Origin: Octopus sinensis | Taxonomy: Eukaryota | DNA length: 64,000 bases | Assembly: GCF_006345805.1 (NCBI RefSeq) | Contig: NC_042998.1 | Location: forward strand, 58,404,001-58,468,000 | Direction of reading: 5' to 3' | Part shown: piece by piece, positions 50,252-63,883 of the stretch | Numbering within the stretch: the stretch's first letter is position 1 | How the letters are laid out: each line of letters opens with the position of its first letter | Program-made: the position numbers and the translations under genes | Notes under the pieces: model-generated | What the model was told of the DNA's origin: nothing | Seen by the model: only the letters and a program-made list of their open reading frames with translations | Database searches by the model: none

Positions 50252-50660
50252 TCTTTACTCTTTACTCTTTTACTTGTTTCAGTCATTTGACTGCGGCCAT
50301 GCTGGAGCACCGCCTTTAGTCGAGTAACTCGACCCCGGGACTTATTCTTTGTAAGCCCAGTACTTATTGTATCGGTCTCTTTTGCCAAACCGCTAAGTGA
50401 CGGGGACATAAACACACCAGCATCGGTTGTCAAGCAATGCTAAGGGGACAACACAGACACACAAACACACACACACACATATATATATATATACATATAT
50501 ACGACAGGCTTTTTTCAGTTTCCGTTTACCAAATCCACTCACAAGGCTTTGGTCGGCCCGAGGCTATAGTAGAAGACACTTGCCCAAGGTGCCACACAGT
50601 GGAACTGAACCCGGAACCATGTGGTTGGTAAACAAGCTACTTACCACACAGCCACTCCTG
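50252..50660 (-). mobile_element. SINE family A, apparently young copy
   Basis: Retains many CpGs; (CTTTTA)n tail on the plus strand. Confidence 0.87.
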
Positions 50661-50704
50661 TCTGTCTCTCTCTCTCTCTCTCTTTCTCTGTCTCTGTCTC
50701 TGTC

Positions 50705-50738
<34 letters not shown>

Positions 50739-51172
50739 AATGTAGATTGTATATTTTATATATACAAACTTCATTTTGTTCCATTCTCAACCTAAACTGT
50801 CCGACGAACAGGAACATAAAGTTCTACGTAGCAGTTTATTTGATATTTTTGTGATGGTGTTGCAGCTTTAATAATAATAAAGCACACTACTCGACCTCCA
50901 GTATTCAAATACTATTTTTTTTCACCTTGTTTCACATTTGTGTACTTACTTTGTTATATATATTAAAGTTTAAAGAAATCTCCATAAGGTGTTACTCAGA
51001 GTTTCACATTACTGTCCATCAGACAGTTGTGATTACGACTGTCCAATGAACAGCAGCATGAAAATCTGAGTAACAGTTTCTGAAGATTTTGGGGGGATTT
51101 AATAAAAAGCATATTACTCTACCTTAGGTAGTTGAGTATTATTTACACCACCTTGTTTTGCATTTATGTGCA

Positions 51173-51211
<39 letters not shown>

Positions 51212-51586
51212 TGTGTGTGTGTGTGTAATAATAATAAAAGATAAAACTGCTAAGGATTTTTTTTTATCAGTGGCCAGCACTGATATAGCACTTAATATAG
51301 ACCTATTAAGGCGAATTCATATATAGAGATTTACAATAGTATAAAATACATTATAAAAGTGATAATTTTTAAATGATTGACTATTTGGCATCTATTTTCT
51401 GTATAGGCATAGTCTCTTCTATGCTCTTAATTATAATTGTATTTTATACTATCATAAATATATATATTTTTATATATATATATATATATAAATTTAGATT
51501 CAGATGAATATGGTACTTAAGTTGAGGCACCAAAATTTAATATGGTACTATCCATACAATTTCAAAATAAGGTGATTAAAATCAAA

Positions 51587-52017
51587 ATAAGCAACAAGGA
51601 TATCCAGAGGTAATGCAGTATGATCGTTTCATGCAACCCCATTTAATTGAGCAGTGCAATCATTGCATCAAATTAAAATGCAGAGCAATCCTCAGCTGCA
51701 CAAAGACATAGAATTTAATTAGATTAGAACAGATGGATACATTAGTATAATTATACCAAAAATCTCCAAGAAGTTAAAGAGATAGACAAAGAACATGCTA
51801 CTTTCACTCCAGCATAGAAGCTACTCTTAACTTCTTGGAGATTTTAGGTATAATTATACCAATGTGTCCATCTGTTCTAATTTAAATAAATTCTATGACT
51901 TTGTGCAGCTGAGGATTGCTCTGCATTTTAAATTGATGTAATGATTGCATTGTTCAATTAAATGGAGTTGCATGAAGCAATCGTATTGCATTACCTCTGG
52001 ATATCCTTGTTGCTTAT
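51587..52017. mobile_element. Fold-back element: ~193-bp arms with a 44-bp spacer
   Basis: Arms 51587-51780 and 51825-52017. Hand alignment gives about 14 mismatches and 2 indels (~92% identity). Confidence 0.88.
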
Positions 52018-52018
52018 A

Positions 52019-52054
<36 letters not shown>

Positions 52055-52914
52055 TATTTACACATACATAAACATACATATGCACATGCACATAAAAATA
52101 TGCACACACAAATGAGCTTCTTTCAGTTTCTATTTACTTAATCTGCTCATGAGGCTTTAGTTGACCTAGGGGCTATAGTAAACACCACTTGCCCAAGGTA
52201 CCATGTGGTGGGATTGAACCTAAAGCCAAGTGAATGGGCAGCAGCCTTCTCAACCACACAACCATGCTTTCATTAAATTTCACAATACTGAAATCTGTGT
52301 AGAAGAGCATTATTAACTTAATATTCTTAAGCAAATGGCTTATTCACACTGCTCTATATGCCTAGCATATAACATCCAATTGAATTTTTCACTTGTAGCA
52401 GACAGCCTGTTTCTTGAAAACCTTTCAGAATTTTTAAGAAATCACATTTAGCAGATGTAAAAGAATATGTAAGAAAACTGTAATAATATTTACCATTCAG
52501 AATTTTTTTATTTAATAGCTTTCAAATGAACGTCTTATATAGACCATTATGAGTAAGATGTACACTCAAACACACACACACACACACACACACAAGCAAG
52601 TAAATGAACACTGTATTGCATTTCAACAATGTACACATGCTGTTATGATGCAGATTAACAAGGAAATGAACAGCATGTAATATTTTGAGAAATATATATA
52701 TATATATATATATAAACCATTATAATAAAGAACAGCAAGGATTGAGACAGAGTGTGGTGCACAGAAATATATATAAACTATTAGCAAGAAGATAGTGAAG
52801 GTGTGATGTTTAGAGGCTTATATAAACCATCATAAAATGTACAGAAACTCACAGACCATCAATGTAATAGCGAGATTTTGGTATTCAGATGGATGGATGT
52901 TTGTATGTTTGCAG

Positions 52915-52953
<39 letters not shown>

Positions 52954-53152
52954 ATATATATATCCTTTAAGTTCTTTTCCGGGAAGCATTTTGAATATAT
53001 ATATTTAAAAGCTCCTATTCTATTATGTTGGCAACAGCCTAATGATGCCAACAGGTGATGTGTGTGTGTGTGTATGTGTGTGTGTGTGTGTGTGTATTGT
53101 CCCACCCATGCCAGCATGGAAGGCAGATGTTAAATGATGATGATGATGATGA

Positions 53153-53186
<34 letters not shown>

Positions 53187-53624
53187 CATGGATGCAAGTA
53201 TGACTATATGAATATGTGGGTAGATTTGTTACCACATGGTCCCAAATTCTATCTCATAGAGTGGCATCTTGGGCAAATATCTTCTACTGTAAGTTTTGAC
53301 CAGTCGATGTTTAGAGGCTAGATTTGGTAAACACAAACTGTTTGTCTGTGTGATTGTTCAAATTTGCACTTCTCCAAAAATTGCTATGCTACAAACAGCA
53401 ATGTGTTGTCATTACTATTCCCTGAAGTTAAAGATATGTGAAAGAAGTGATCTCTTATTCAAGTAATAGTTAAGGGCTTGTGACAGGAAGAGCATCCATC
53501 CCTAAAACAATGTCTTGGTGAGATATTCATTTAAACCATAACAGAACTGAAGCATAAGAATAACAAATGTTATATATCAAAAGGATGATAATGGTTTCAG
53601 TAAACCTACTACATTGTTGTGAAG

Positions 53625-53950
53625 GTGCATGGCTCAGTGGCGCAAATGTTGGGCTCACAATCATGAGGTACAAGTTTGATTCCCAAACCAGGTTGTGTGT
53701 TGTGTTCATGAACAAGACACTTTATTTCATGTTACTTCAGTTCGCTCAGCTGTAGAAATGAGTTGTGGCGGTGTTGGTACCAAGCTGTATCAGCCTTTGC
53801 CTTTCCTTTGAATAACATTAGTGGTTGGAGAGGAGAGGCTGGTATGCATTGAGTGACTGCAGGTATTCCACAAACAACCTTGTCCAGTCCAGACTTGTGT
53901 CTTGGAGGGTAACTTTCTATGTACAACCCCATGGTCTTTCATGATCGAAG
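53625..53950 (+). mobile_element. SINE family D variant with a third type of 3' half
   Basis: Head ggtgcatggctcagtgg...gaacaagacactttatttcatgtt matches the 28225 copy, then diverges after gaaatgagttgt. Confidence 0.65.
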
Positions 53951-54926
53951 GAGGTATTTATTACATTTGCTATGTTTGGTAGCATATATATAAAATCTTT
54001 TAAAAAATGATTAAAATATTTAAACTGACAGTTTATTACAAGAGTTTACTTTCACAATTAGGGACTCATTTTTCAAACTGTCTGAATGATTGACTGAGAA
54101 AATATGAGAAATGAAGTTAGAATTTACAAGGTGAATATGAACAAATAAGAGAATTTCATTTATTTTATAAAGAAAAATTTGTGATTATAGAACTGACATG
54201 TCAGCCACAGATGCTGCTTCAATTTTATCTTATTTAGATATCTGGTTTGTAGTTGAAATGCTCACTTCTTAACCTCAGTGTTAGGTTCATAGTGGCCTCA
54301 TCCATTACCATGAAAATTCATGTAAAGTATCTTAATTTTCTTTCTTTCGTCTGTCTAGTTGGAAAATAACTAGTTCTATTGCATAAATGTGTTTTCTATT
54401 AAGACAGGCTTACATTAGTTAAATATCAAACTTCCAGTAGTTAAATACCAAATTTGTAGAAATGTCTGACTAAAATAGAATGTAACCATTGTTAAGAAAA
54501 GAAAAAAAAATTGTGCAATCATACATATTCTTTGAAACTATTTCTCTGAAGACAGATAAACTTTTAGAAAATCAAAACAACGAACAAGTTTTCACATTGT
54601 TTGAATTCAGTTCATTTTACTTTAAGTTCTAATTTCTTTCAAGAATGAATGAATGTCACACATTCTCCATTCTTTCTTGGATAAAATGCTTTATTTTATG
54701 TCAGAGTTACTGAGTCTGATACACAACTTCGATGTAGCAATTTCACTTCACTTATGCTAAATGGACATTACAATAATCATGTGTGTATTTTCTGAAGTCA
54801 GTAGGTCTAATTAATCACTCATTCATTCCATTCTTAATCAATGATTAGGAATGGAGGGAAATTTCTGAGTTGCTCCTTTCTGTTTATAAAGAATAATTCT
54901 TACAGTTGTTTCATCTATCTTTTCAG

Positions 54927-55740
54927 TACAAATTTAACAAATAAAACCAATGTTGATGAAACAGAAGAGAAAGTTGCTGAAGAGAAGTGTGAGGTTCCCC
55001 ATGAATTTAGCCATGGAAATGAAGATGATGAAGACAGTGATAGTGATTATGACCTTGATCTTGATTCTTACCAACCAATTTGTCCTATCAATAATGATCA
55101 TGAGGTCAGTTTACTGACACCCAAAATCTCTAAAGTCAGTCTGCATCAGTTACAGTGTATGCATCATGGAAGTACAATGGTGAGGCATGAACTTGATACA
55201 AACCGTTCTGTTGTTGTTTGTCTCAAACTTGAAAGTGATAACAGAACACTTACTTGGCAGAAACCTTCCTGGAGTGCTCTGAGAGGGAGCCCTTCTCCAC
55301 CAGATTACACTCTGAAATCAGACTTTGATTTATCTTCATCTAATACAATATCTCTACGTTATAATACAGACGATGATGTGATGGAAGGACTAGAAGAAGG
55401 CTTCATTGATATAAATATCATAAAAGATGTGTATTTGGGAGCTGATATTGCTGATTTTGCAGCTATTGGTAAACGATATGGTTTAGGTAATTTTGTGCCA
55501 GAGAAAAATTGCCTTTGTCTAGTTTATGGCTATAATATAACGGAAAACAAACTGATTTATTTCATAGCACCAGATATGGTGGCCAAAATATGGTTTCAAG
55601 GTTTACAGAGTCTTGTAAAAGCAGCAACTAAAGTCAAGAACCAAACTGACAAAAGAGGTCAGTGGCTAAAGACACAGTACCTTCAGCTGTATTATGAGAA
55701 TGATAAATGCCAGGGACCAACACCAGCAGAAGCAATAAGG
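54927..55740 (+). CDS. PLCE1: Large internal exon of phospholipase C epsilon: acidic linker plus PH domain
   Basis: Acceptor tttcag (AG 54925-54926) and donor GTAAGT at 55741; 814 nt open; phase 2 start fits the previous exon. Contains MHHGSTMVRHE, LKLESDNRTLTWQKP, EEGFIDINIIKDV, LYFIAP..VAKIWFQGLQSLV and WLKTQYLQLY..GPTPAEAI, typical of the PLC PH domain. Together with the RasGEF exons this points to the epsilon class. Confidence 0.92.
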
Positions 55741-58626
55741 GTAAGTCATACATATATGATATAAATGTTATTGATTACAGTCATCATCATCATCATCACC
55801 ATCATCATTTAATGTCTCCTCTCCATGCTAGCATAGGTTGAACAGTTTGGCATTGAGCTAGCTAGCTGGGAGCTGTCCAGACTCCAACTGTCTGTTGTGG
55901 CATGGTTTCTATGGTTGGATGGCCTTCCTAATGCCAACCACTTAACAGAGTGTGTTGGGTGCTTTTAATGTGCTACTGACACGGATGTGTTTACGTAGCA
56001 CCAGCATGGGTGCTTTTTAGGTGGCACTCGCACCTAAAAGGACAATCCTGTATGTGTGGAAGACATGTCTTATCAAGTACAGCAAATTGCCCCATCTCCC
56101 AGTCCCTCAGTGATGCCCAGAGTCTGAAGATCCTGGTGATTAATAAGCTGGAAAAATTACAGCCTTGCAAAAAAGGCTTTACGGTATTTCTCACATTCTT
56201 TATGTTCTGTGTTCAGTTCCCACCAGGACCGATAAAATAAAGTAACAGTGAAGCACAAGGGTCAATGGTATAGACTAGTCCCTTCCTATCGAAATTTGCT
56301 GGCTTTGTGACAAAACTACAAACTATTGTTGTTGTTGTTTTTGTTGTTGTTTATTTGTTCCATTTCTTTACAATCAGAATTCAAATCCCACCGTCAACTT
56401 TGCTTTCATCCTTTGGAGGTTGGTAAATTAAGTTCCAGTCAAGCAGTTGGGTTGATATGATCAACTAACCACCTTCCCTCAAGACTATGGCCTTGTTGTT
56501 GTTGTTGTTGGCAGAATCATTACCATGCTAGGAAAGATGCTTAGCAGTATTTCTTACCTTCTAAGTTCAAATTCTACTGAGATTGATGTTGCCTTTCATC
56601 ATTTCAGGGTTGATAAAATAAGAAGCAGTTGATCCCTAGGGTCAATGTAATCCCCTGAAATTGCTGACGATATTTCAAATTTTGAAACCAATATCATTAT
56701 TATTCCACTGTGGTCAACTTTGCCTTTTATCTTTTCAGAATTGATAAAAGAAGTCCCTGTTGGACACTATGATACTGAATTCATTAATACTGAAATACAG
56801 AATGTAGATGATAGCATAAATAACAGCAACAACTCTTTTACACACATGCACACAGACATGTCTCTTGTGAAAATATAAATGAAAGCAATTCTAAATGTGA
56901 CAGTTTTGCCTCAGTAACTAGTTTAATAAAAGAAAAAACCTACAGATGGAATTATACATTAGTAAATTTTCCAAAATATTTGATTTTGACAGAATTATGC
57001 AGAACAGCATTAATTAATTAGCCTAACCTGAAGAATACATCCCAGAATTGGCAAGGAGGAAGGTTATATGTTTATATTCATTAAGAAATGGTAATGGCTT
57101 TCGGTTGCCTTCAGAACAGAAGTTGGAGGTGGAACTATCCAACAAGGCAAAACATATGAGACCATCTACTTATAAGGTTGTCCCAAAAGTTCGTAGAAAG
57201 TCTTGGAAAATAATGGTCTTTATTTTGAGGAATAATTTTTGTTGTTTTTGTTAGTACTTGGCAAGTAAAAATTCAATTTTCGCAAGTGTTTACGAACTTT
57301 TGGGACAACCTAATATTATTTAGCACCATGGGTACAGCTAAAAGGCAAACCAAAATTGCAGCCTCACATTCATATCCATATACTTTGAGCCCAAAGAAAC
57401 ATGAAGGTGAAGGCCACTAGGCAATGGTATTGATCCCTGGCTCATTGTCACTCTTGTATTACAGTATAGGTGAATGTTTAGAGCAGGGTTTATGACATAA
57501 GGTATGAGATGTATAAGAATGAACCTACAAGTCCCAATGACTCTGTTGAAAACTAAAGGTTCATTTCAGAGTTGTGTCCAGTTGAGAGCATGAAAATCAA
57601 AGTCATAAAATTGGTGGTGCAGGGCTAAAAGCTTAGTTGTTACAGCTGATGTAGCAAGAACCATTTGAGAGTTTTTTTTTTATCTAAATAGAAAGAGAAA
57701 TAAAGGAGAAGAAAAGGTAACAGACAGCAGCAAGCCCTAACCACCAGAAAACCATTGGTGACAACTTTAGGAACTCTAATACCAGCAGCATTCACATAAC
57801 TGACTGTAGATCCAAGGGTAGCCAGATAACCTGTCTTATCTTTGGTCCCAGAAGAGAGTGAGGACGCTTGGTAGTACTGAGCTAGAAGAGATAGACAAGG
57901 ATCAAGAAGGGCAAACTTTGAAGGAAAAACAAATGAAAGAAAATAGACCCAAAGAGAAAAAAAAGTCAAATCAAAAGGGAAAGTAACAGAAAAAGTTAGA
58001 GCTGCAGCTCAATGAAAGCAACATGGTTATCATATTACATCTCATAGAAAATAAGTAACAAAATGGATGAACCAAATGGATTACAAAAGCATTTTGGAAA
58101 ACAACATGGGCAAATATGTCAAAATGTGAGATTACACATGTCAGAGAGGAGCTGCTCAAAAGAATAATTTTCCGTGTGTAATAAATACTTTATGCAAAAT
58201 AGACCAATCATTTAGGCCCTTTCTTGTTCATTTTGACACCTGAATTGCTTGCAGACCCTGTCAGAGTGTTTGGTGAATAAATATGATCAGAATCATGGTA
58301 TGCTCCAACCCTAATGATGTTTAATGATACGTTGTTCTAATTATTGAGGGTCTTTCAATTCGTTTTCTATTTGTTATGTTTTTATCAAATTTTTTTTAGG
58401 CTATCTGTAAAGCGTTTTGGGTTTAGGAAACAGTTTTACCATTTTCAGCTATCAATCATGATTCTTTCTTTGGGCTTATATTAGCAGAAAATACTGTAAC
58501 TAAACCCAGCTGTTTCTCAGCATTGTAAATGTTTTAAGTATAGGTTATTAGATCGTTTCCAAAGAAATTGTGGATTGTATTAGTGTCCTCTGTGTGTGTG
58601 TGTGTGTGTGCGTGTGTGTGTGTGTG

Positions 58627-58674
<48 letters not shown>

Positions 58675-59289
58675 GTGCGTGTGTGCGTGTGTGTGTGCAT
58701 GTGCGTAAAGATTTACAAGTTTGAATAATAATAAGGACTGACAAATGTAATCAAAACTCATCGAGAAGTACTTCGACATCTTATATGTCCTTCTTATGAT
58801 CCATAATAGACTGTTGTCCCTTATTTAGGTGGGAGAGACTACTTGAACAACTATCAAATTCTATTAGCACTAACATACTTCCTTTTTTAGGGAAATCTCT
58901 TCGACAAAGCCAGCCACATGATTAGACTTTGAGAAGAAATTCTTGCTCCATTAATATACAGCTAATTATTGCTTAAATTGAACAGAACCATTTCTATTTT
59001 ATGTCTACTTCAAATATAACAAGAATTGGGTATCCCAAATAAGGGAGGTAACTCCTGTGGTTCACAAGAATAATGTAGTTTAATTCAAATTTTTGTGCAA
59101 AGTCCAATGTTAATCGAAGCTTCAGGTAGCAGTTACAAGTAAGCTTTCCTCTTATCCAACAAAAATCAAACTACAATCGCTTTTTTTTTTATCCATTTTT
59201 TTTTTATTTGAATGAAATAATGAACAGAATAGAGGGGAATGAGTGACATGCAAACATGCCAACACCCAGTTTTCAGTTCAATGATATTG

Positions 59290-60200
59290 CAGGGTGTTTG
59301 GGCTAAATTTGATAATGTTTTATGTCCTCTTTTATCAGGAACAGCTTGATGTATTGGTGAACAGTCAACAGTGTTCAAGAGCATAAAGATCAAATTTGTA
59401 GTTGAGAAAAAATTAGCTGATATGAAGGACTGGAAGCCATCTGAATATTGGAAACAAGTTACCTACATCATGATGATTCACACTAGCTATAAAAACGCCA
59501 GCATCATACTGCTGTTCAATGCTCTGTGAATACTGTAAAGAATGTAAGATGTGACATGAACAGCTGCAATGGAGATTAAGAAGCGGTGGCCAACTGGAAG
59601 GGACACAGCAGGTTTCTGGTAACATCCATATGACGGAATTCATCCCCACATCTTTGAACAGAGCCTTAGCCTCAATGCCTCAATTAAAATGGTTATGTGA
59701 AGCTGCTGGAGACTGTGGTCATGCCCTGGCTGGAGAGGGTTGCTGCTGGAAGGCCATATGTAGGGGAGTAGGATCCAGCTTCTTGCCAATACCTCTGAAA
59801 AGAGTGAGAAGTGGTTGTTGAAGGATTTCTACAACTTAACCAGCTCCAATTTCTGGTCTCATTATTCCCCTGATTGTGAGCCCATAGATTTACTATGTGT
59901 GAAGCACAATTGAGAAAGACACTAACTGCTCTGCCTGCAACACTAAGGTCAAGCTGGTGGCCATGATAAAGGAGATATTCAAAGATCTTCCCAGGGACAC
60001 AGTGAGGGATACAGGCACCAGGTTCCAGAGCTATCTTGAGGCCATAGTGGAAGCTGATGGCAGCTACTTTGAATAAAATGTTATCTCATTGCCATAATCT
60101 AGTTGATCATTTTTGATTTTTCAAAATACTTTTATTTTTTATGGGACATTGTGTTTTCTTTCATTTTATGTAAACAGTCAAATTTAGGCTGAACAACCTG
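59290..60200 (+). mobile_element. Internally deleted Tc1/maT-like element
   Basis: 23-bp TIRs CAGGGTGTTTGGGCTAAATTTGA (59290) and reverse complement CAGGTTGTTCAGCCTAAATTTGA (ending 60200). C-terminal transposase LETVVMPWLERVAAGRPYV...FWSHYSPDCEPID...LEAIVEADGSYFE*. Confidence 0.82.
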
Positions 60201-60209
60201 CGTTTATTG

Positions 60210-61105
60210 TAAAATAATAATAATAATAATAATGAAATTATTGTATACAGTGCTCAGGTGCACCACAGCTTGTCAAAAGTGCATATAAAGCATATGCAGT
60301 AATGTACAAATGTCTGGGAAGTGAACAGTGTATGCTTGCATGTGTATGGAGGGGAGAAAATCAGGTGTAGTGTTGGTGAATCTCAGGAAGCATGGAAACC
60401 TTGAAGGATGCAGTGCTCCGACAACCAGCAACCGATGCCGGCAGTTTGTTCCATACTTCAGCAACTCTTAGCATGAAAAAATGCCTCCAAAAGTCATGAG
60501 AGCTGGGCTGTTTTCTGACTTTGTAAACATGTCCATGGGTGTTAGACAGGTGGAGTTTGAAAAGGTGTTCAGAGTTATTGTTAGTAAGATGGTTAATAAT
60601 TTTATGGGTGTCTACCAAGTCAGTTGCCAGACGTTGGAGTTTCAATGTATTCATGTCCAGGGAAGTAAGGCGTTCAGAATATGATAAAATGCCTGATGGA
60701 GGGTATTCACTTGGTTGCACATCGCTGAATGGTCTCCAGATTATTAATATCCTGGACAAGATAGGGGTTCCAGACCGGTGATGCAAATTCCAGGTGAGAC
60801 CGCACCATAGCTATATAAAGCCTCAGATAGATAGCCGGAGAGTGGCTGACAAAGTACTTGGTAAGTGATGCCAAGACACCCTCAGCCTTCTGGGCAATTT
60901 TAGCAATGTGTTTTCTCCAATACAAATCACTGTTGACAATAACACCCAGGTCACGTTCACATGAAGACTTTTTGAGATTAGTGTTGTGGAGGAAGATGCT
61001 GGGTTTTTCCTCCCAAAATGCATGGTGGTACATTTGTCCACAGCTAGCTTGAGTTGCCAGTCCATAATCCATTGCTGCATTGTGTCCAGGCTTGATTGCA
61101 ATAAA
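60210..61105 (-). mobile_element. 5'-truncated CR1 LINE of the same family as 18821-20705
   Basis: SLDTMQQWIMDWQLKLAVDKCTTMHFG, ERDLGVIV, RSHLEFASPVWNP, WNKLPASV across frames. Same 3' end (cacctgagcactgta.acaat) and ATT tail. Confidence 0.92.
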
Positions 61106-62051
61106 GGTTGTAGTAACGGTAAAGTTCAGTACAACTGATATTTATGAATTTAAGTATATCTTATAAAAAATACTTCCCATCACATCCTGTTTTCATATTC
61201 CTTTGGTTCTCCTTTATATTTTAACATGTTGAAAGCAGCACTAATAGTTGTTTATTGTCATCATGTCACATAGACCATTTTGCAATTAAATTGCGGCATA
61301 TTCTTTACTAGAGAAATTATCAGACTATTCAGCTTGAAAATATTGCCCAATATTTGCTGCTTATTTTCTTATTTCTTGTCAATTCTTCTCAAGAAATGAA
61401 GTGGATGTTTGTGACATCAGGAGATCTTTTCCTAAGCCAATATAAAAATTATTCATAATAGATCCATCCACATCACTTATGAGTTAATGTATAGTTTCAA
61501 ATATAATGGATTCCACTAAGATGAATGGAAGCTAGAAGATATGCTGAAGTTATAATAACTATGGTTATGTGGAGGAAAGTATGCTCAATGTGAAGAATAT
61601 CAAAAATGTCAATATATACAGTCAAAGTAAAAAGTAATTGATGATTAATAACTTTGAACTTGTTTCTTCCTTATGCAAGGATTTTCAGCATAGGTATAGA
61701 CTCACTGAAGTAACCCAAAGTAAATGATATTCTGGTTATGTAAACAATATAAGCCCGTCCTATTGTACTTCAAGATTAATATCAACAATATATAGATAGG
61801 GTTTTCTTAAATGGAAAAAAATTATATAAATGTCGGTGTTGTCATTGTTTAAGACAGCTCTGATAAAGTTCACCAATCTTCAATAATATATGTACAAATA
61901 AATATGCATGGTTATATGATTAAGAAGTTCATTTTAGAACCATGTGGCCTTGGGTTCAGTCCCATTGCATGATGTCTTCTTAAATGTCTTCTATTGTCCC
62001 AGGCCAACCAGTAGCTTGTGAGTGTTTTGGTTACATAGAAACTGTATAAAG

Positions 62052-62286
62052 GTGGCCAGAAACGTTACCAGAAACGTTAGCACACCGGACGAAATGCTTA
62101 GTGGTATTTTGTCTGCCGTTACGTTCTGAGTTCAAATTTCGCCGAGGTCGACTTTGTCTTTCATCCTTTCAGGGTCGATAAATTAAGTACCAGTTATGCA
62201 CTGGGGTCAATGTAATCGACTTAATCTCTTTGTCTGTCTTGTTTGACCCCTCTATGTTTAGCCCCTTGTGGGCAATAAAGAAATAA
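62052..62286 (+). mobile_element. SINE family B inserted in a worn family A copy
   Basis: Imperfect TSD gaa(a/g)ctgta(t/c)aaag; short 5' duplication ccagaaacgtta. Confidence 0.82.
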
Positions 62287-62981
62287 GAAGCTGTACAAAG
62301 CCCATTACTTACACATACCTACATGAATGTGTGTATGTATGTGTGCATTTTAACAAATGTGTATGTGTGTGTGTGTGCACGCATGTCTTGGCATAAATGT
62401 TTATATTTTATTCTTCACATGGAGATCACTGAGCTATGGGTTGTTACATTTGTTAACATTTCTCTATTAACAAATCCTTGAGGTCAGCACTTTCAAAGAA
62501 AATTGAAAGGAAAATTCCCTCACTTGACTGTAAAATAGGTAACCGTTAGCAAGAGGAAAGACATCCAGCAGTAAAACAGTGCTGTAATAATATATACTTG
62601 TCTAACCCATGTTAACATTAAAAAAATATATGTAAAACAAACAAGCAAATGATAGTTGTCATAGATCAAACTGTCTTCAGTTACTCAAACACAGAGATTT
62701 CATTATTTTGTTAAGGTTATTTCTATAGAAATCATAACCAGCACAGAAATTTTTGCTACAATGTTTCATCTCGAGACATCAGATGTAAACAAACAATGAG
62801 AAGTGTTGGGAGATCCAAAGGTAATGAAGCTGTGATGTGAAAGAGGGAGACTGAGAATGAGATGGACAGAAGCTGGTGAAAGTTGATGGCTGAATATGCA
62901 AAAGAGAGAATAAAGGATTGCAACAAAGCAAGTGATCACAAAGTGAGTGACCAATAAAGAAGATATACTTTATAGTATATT

Positions 62982-63276
62982 ACTAGCTGGCCCCGTGCCA
63001 TCACAAATTATGGCTAATAGTAGCATTTTATATATAAATATGGATGGCAAATCAAATTAATGCACTTGTCAATGTTATCTAGTGGTTGTCTTTTGATATG
63101 TGACATTGATCATTATTTGTAACTGAAAGAACACTGGTTCACACATACAAACATTCACACACTTTCCTTGTACAGGCACACTCATACACACATATACTCA
63201 CACAGAGTTGAAACGCTGTTTGATTTTTCTTTTCAGACTTAAATGTTCACCATCTCACTTCCATTGCACTTCTATT

Positions 63277-63328
<52 letters not shown>

Positions 63329-63355
63329 GCACACACGCACACACACACACACATA

Positions 63356-63389
<34 letters not shown>

Positions 63390-63530
63390 TTCACATACCT
63401 CCCTTTTACATACACACACTTATATTCACACAGAGTTGAAACACTCCCACTACCAGTTTGCCATCACCCCTTTACTTTCTCATTCATATGTTGTAAAGGA
63501 GAAAAACACGAGAGAATTATTATAATAGAT
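62982..63530 (+). mobile_element. Possible Helentron-associated (DINE-1/HINE-like) element
   Basis: Starts ACTAGCTGGCCCCG, ends ATTATTATAATAGAT, and has a long internal (CA)n-rich tract, all resembling that family. Confidence 0.4.
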
Positions 63531-63808
63531 GGTTGCATAACGAAATACCACATACCTACAAGTCATTACAGAGACTTCAGTTTTATAGTTGACAAGGTAC
63601 AAGTTCAACAGTCGTAGGAGAGACATATAATTAAATGAATCTCTTCATCTAACTTTTACTTCTTCCTATTTTAGAAGGTGCATAGGAGATAAAAGACAAA
63701 AATCTACATCAACGTGTTTTGAACTCAAAATGCAAACAGACATGTAAATACTCCGATGCATTAAGTGATCTGAAGTCCAACTGATTCAACAACTTATGAT
63801 CAACATGG

Positions 63809-63883
63809 TCACTTGCTTTGTGCTCACTTGCTTTGTGCTCACTTGCTTTGTGCTCACTTGCTTTGTGCTCACTTGCTTTGTTC
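63809..63883 (+). repeat. 15-bp minisatellite (TCACTTGCTTTGTGC) x5
   Basis: Four perfect units and one with a single change. Confidence 0.92.

Noticed and set aside
57640-57969. 109-aa minus-strand ORF in non-repetitive-looking sequence
   Set aside because: No motif I can recognise and low-complexity ends; cannot be assigned.
58766-58805. Minus-strand GACAT/ATGTC stem followed by GAA and palindromic GTAC
   Set aside because: Two core mismatches, missing bases and no stem I; at best a very worn Penelope-type remnant.
2740-63617. Dozens of ORFs rich in YI, CV, TH or MYVC repeats
   Set aside because: They are translations of TA, TG, CA and TATG microsatellites.
63809-63883. Regularly repeated 15-mer as a CRISPR-like array
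   Set aside because: Head-to-tail units with no spacers, in eukaryotic DNA.
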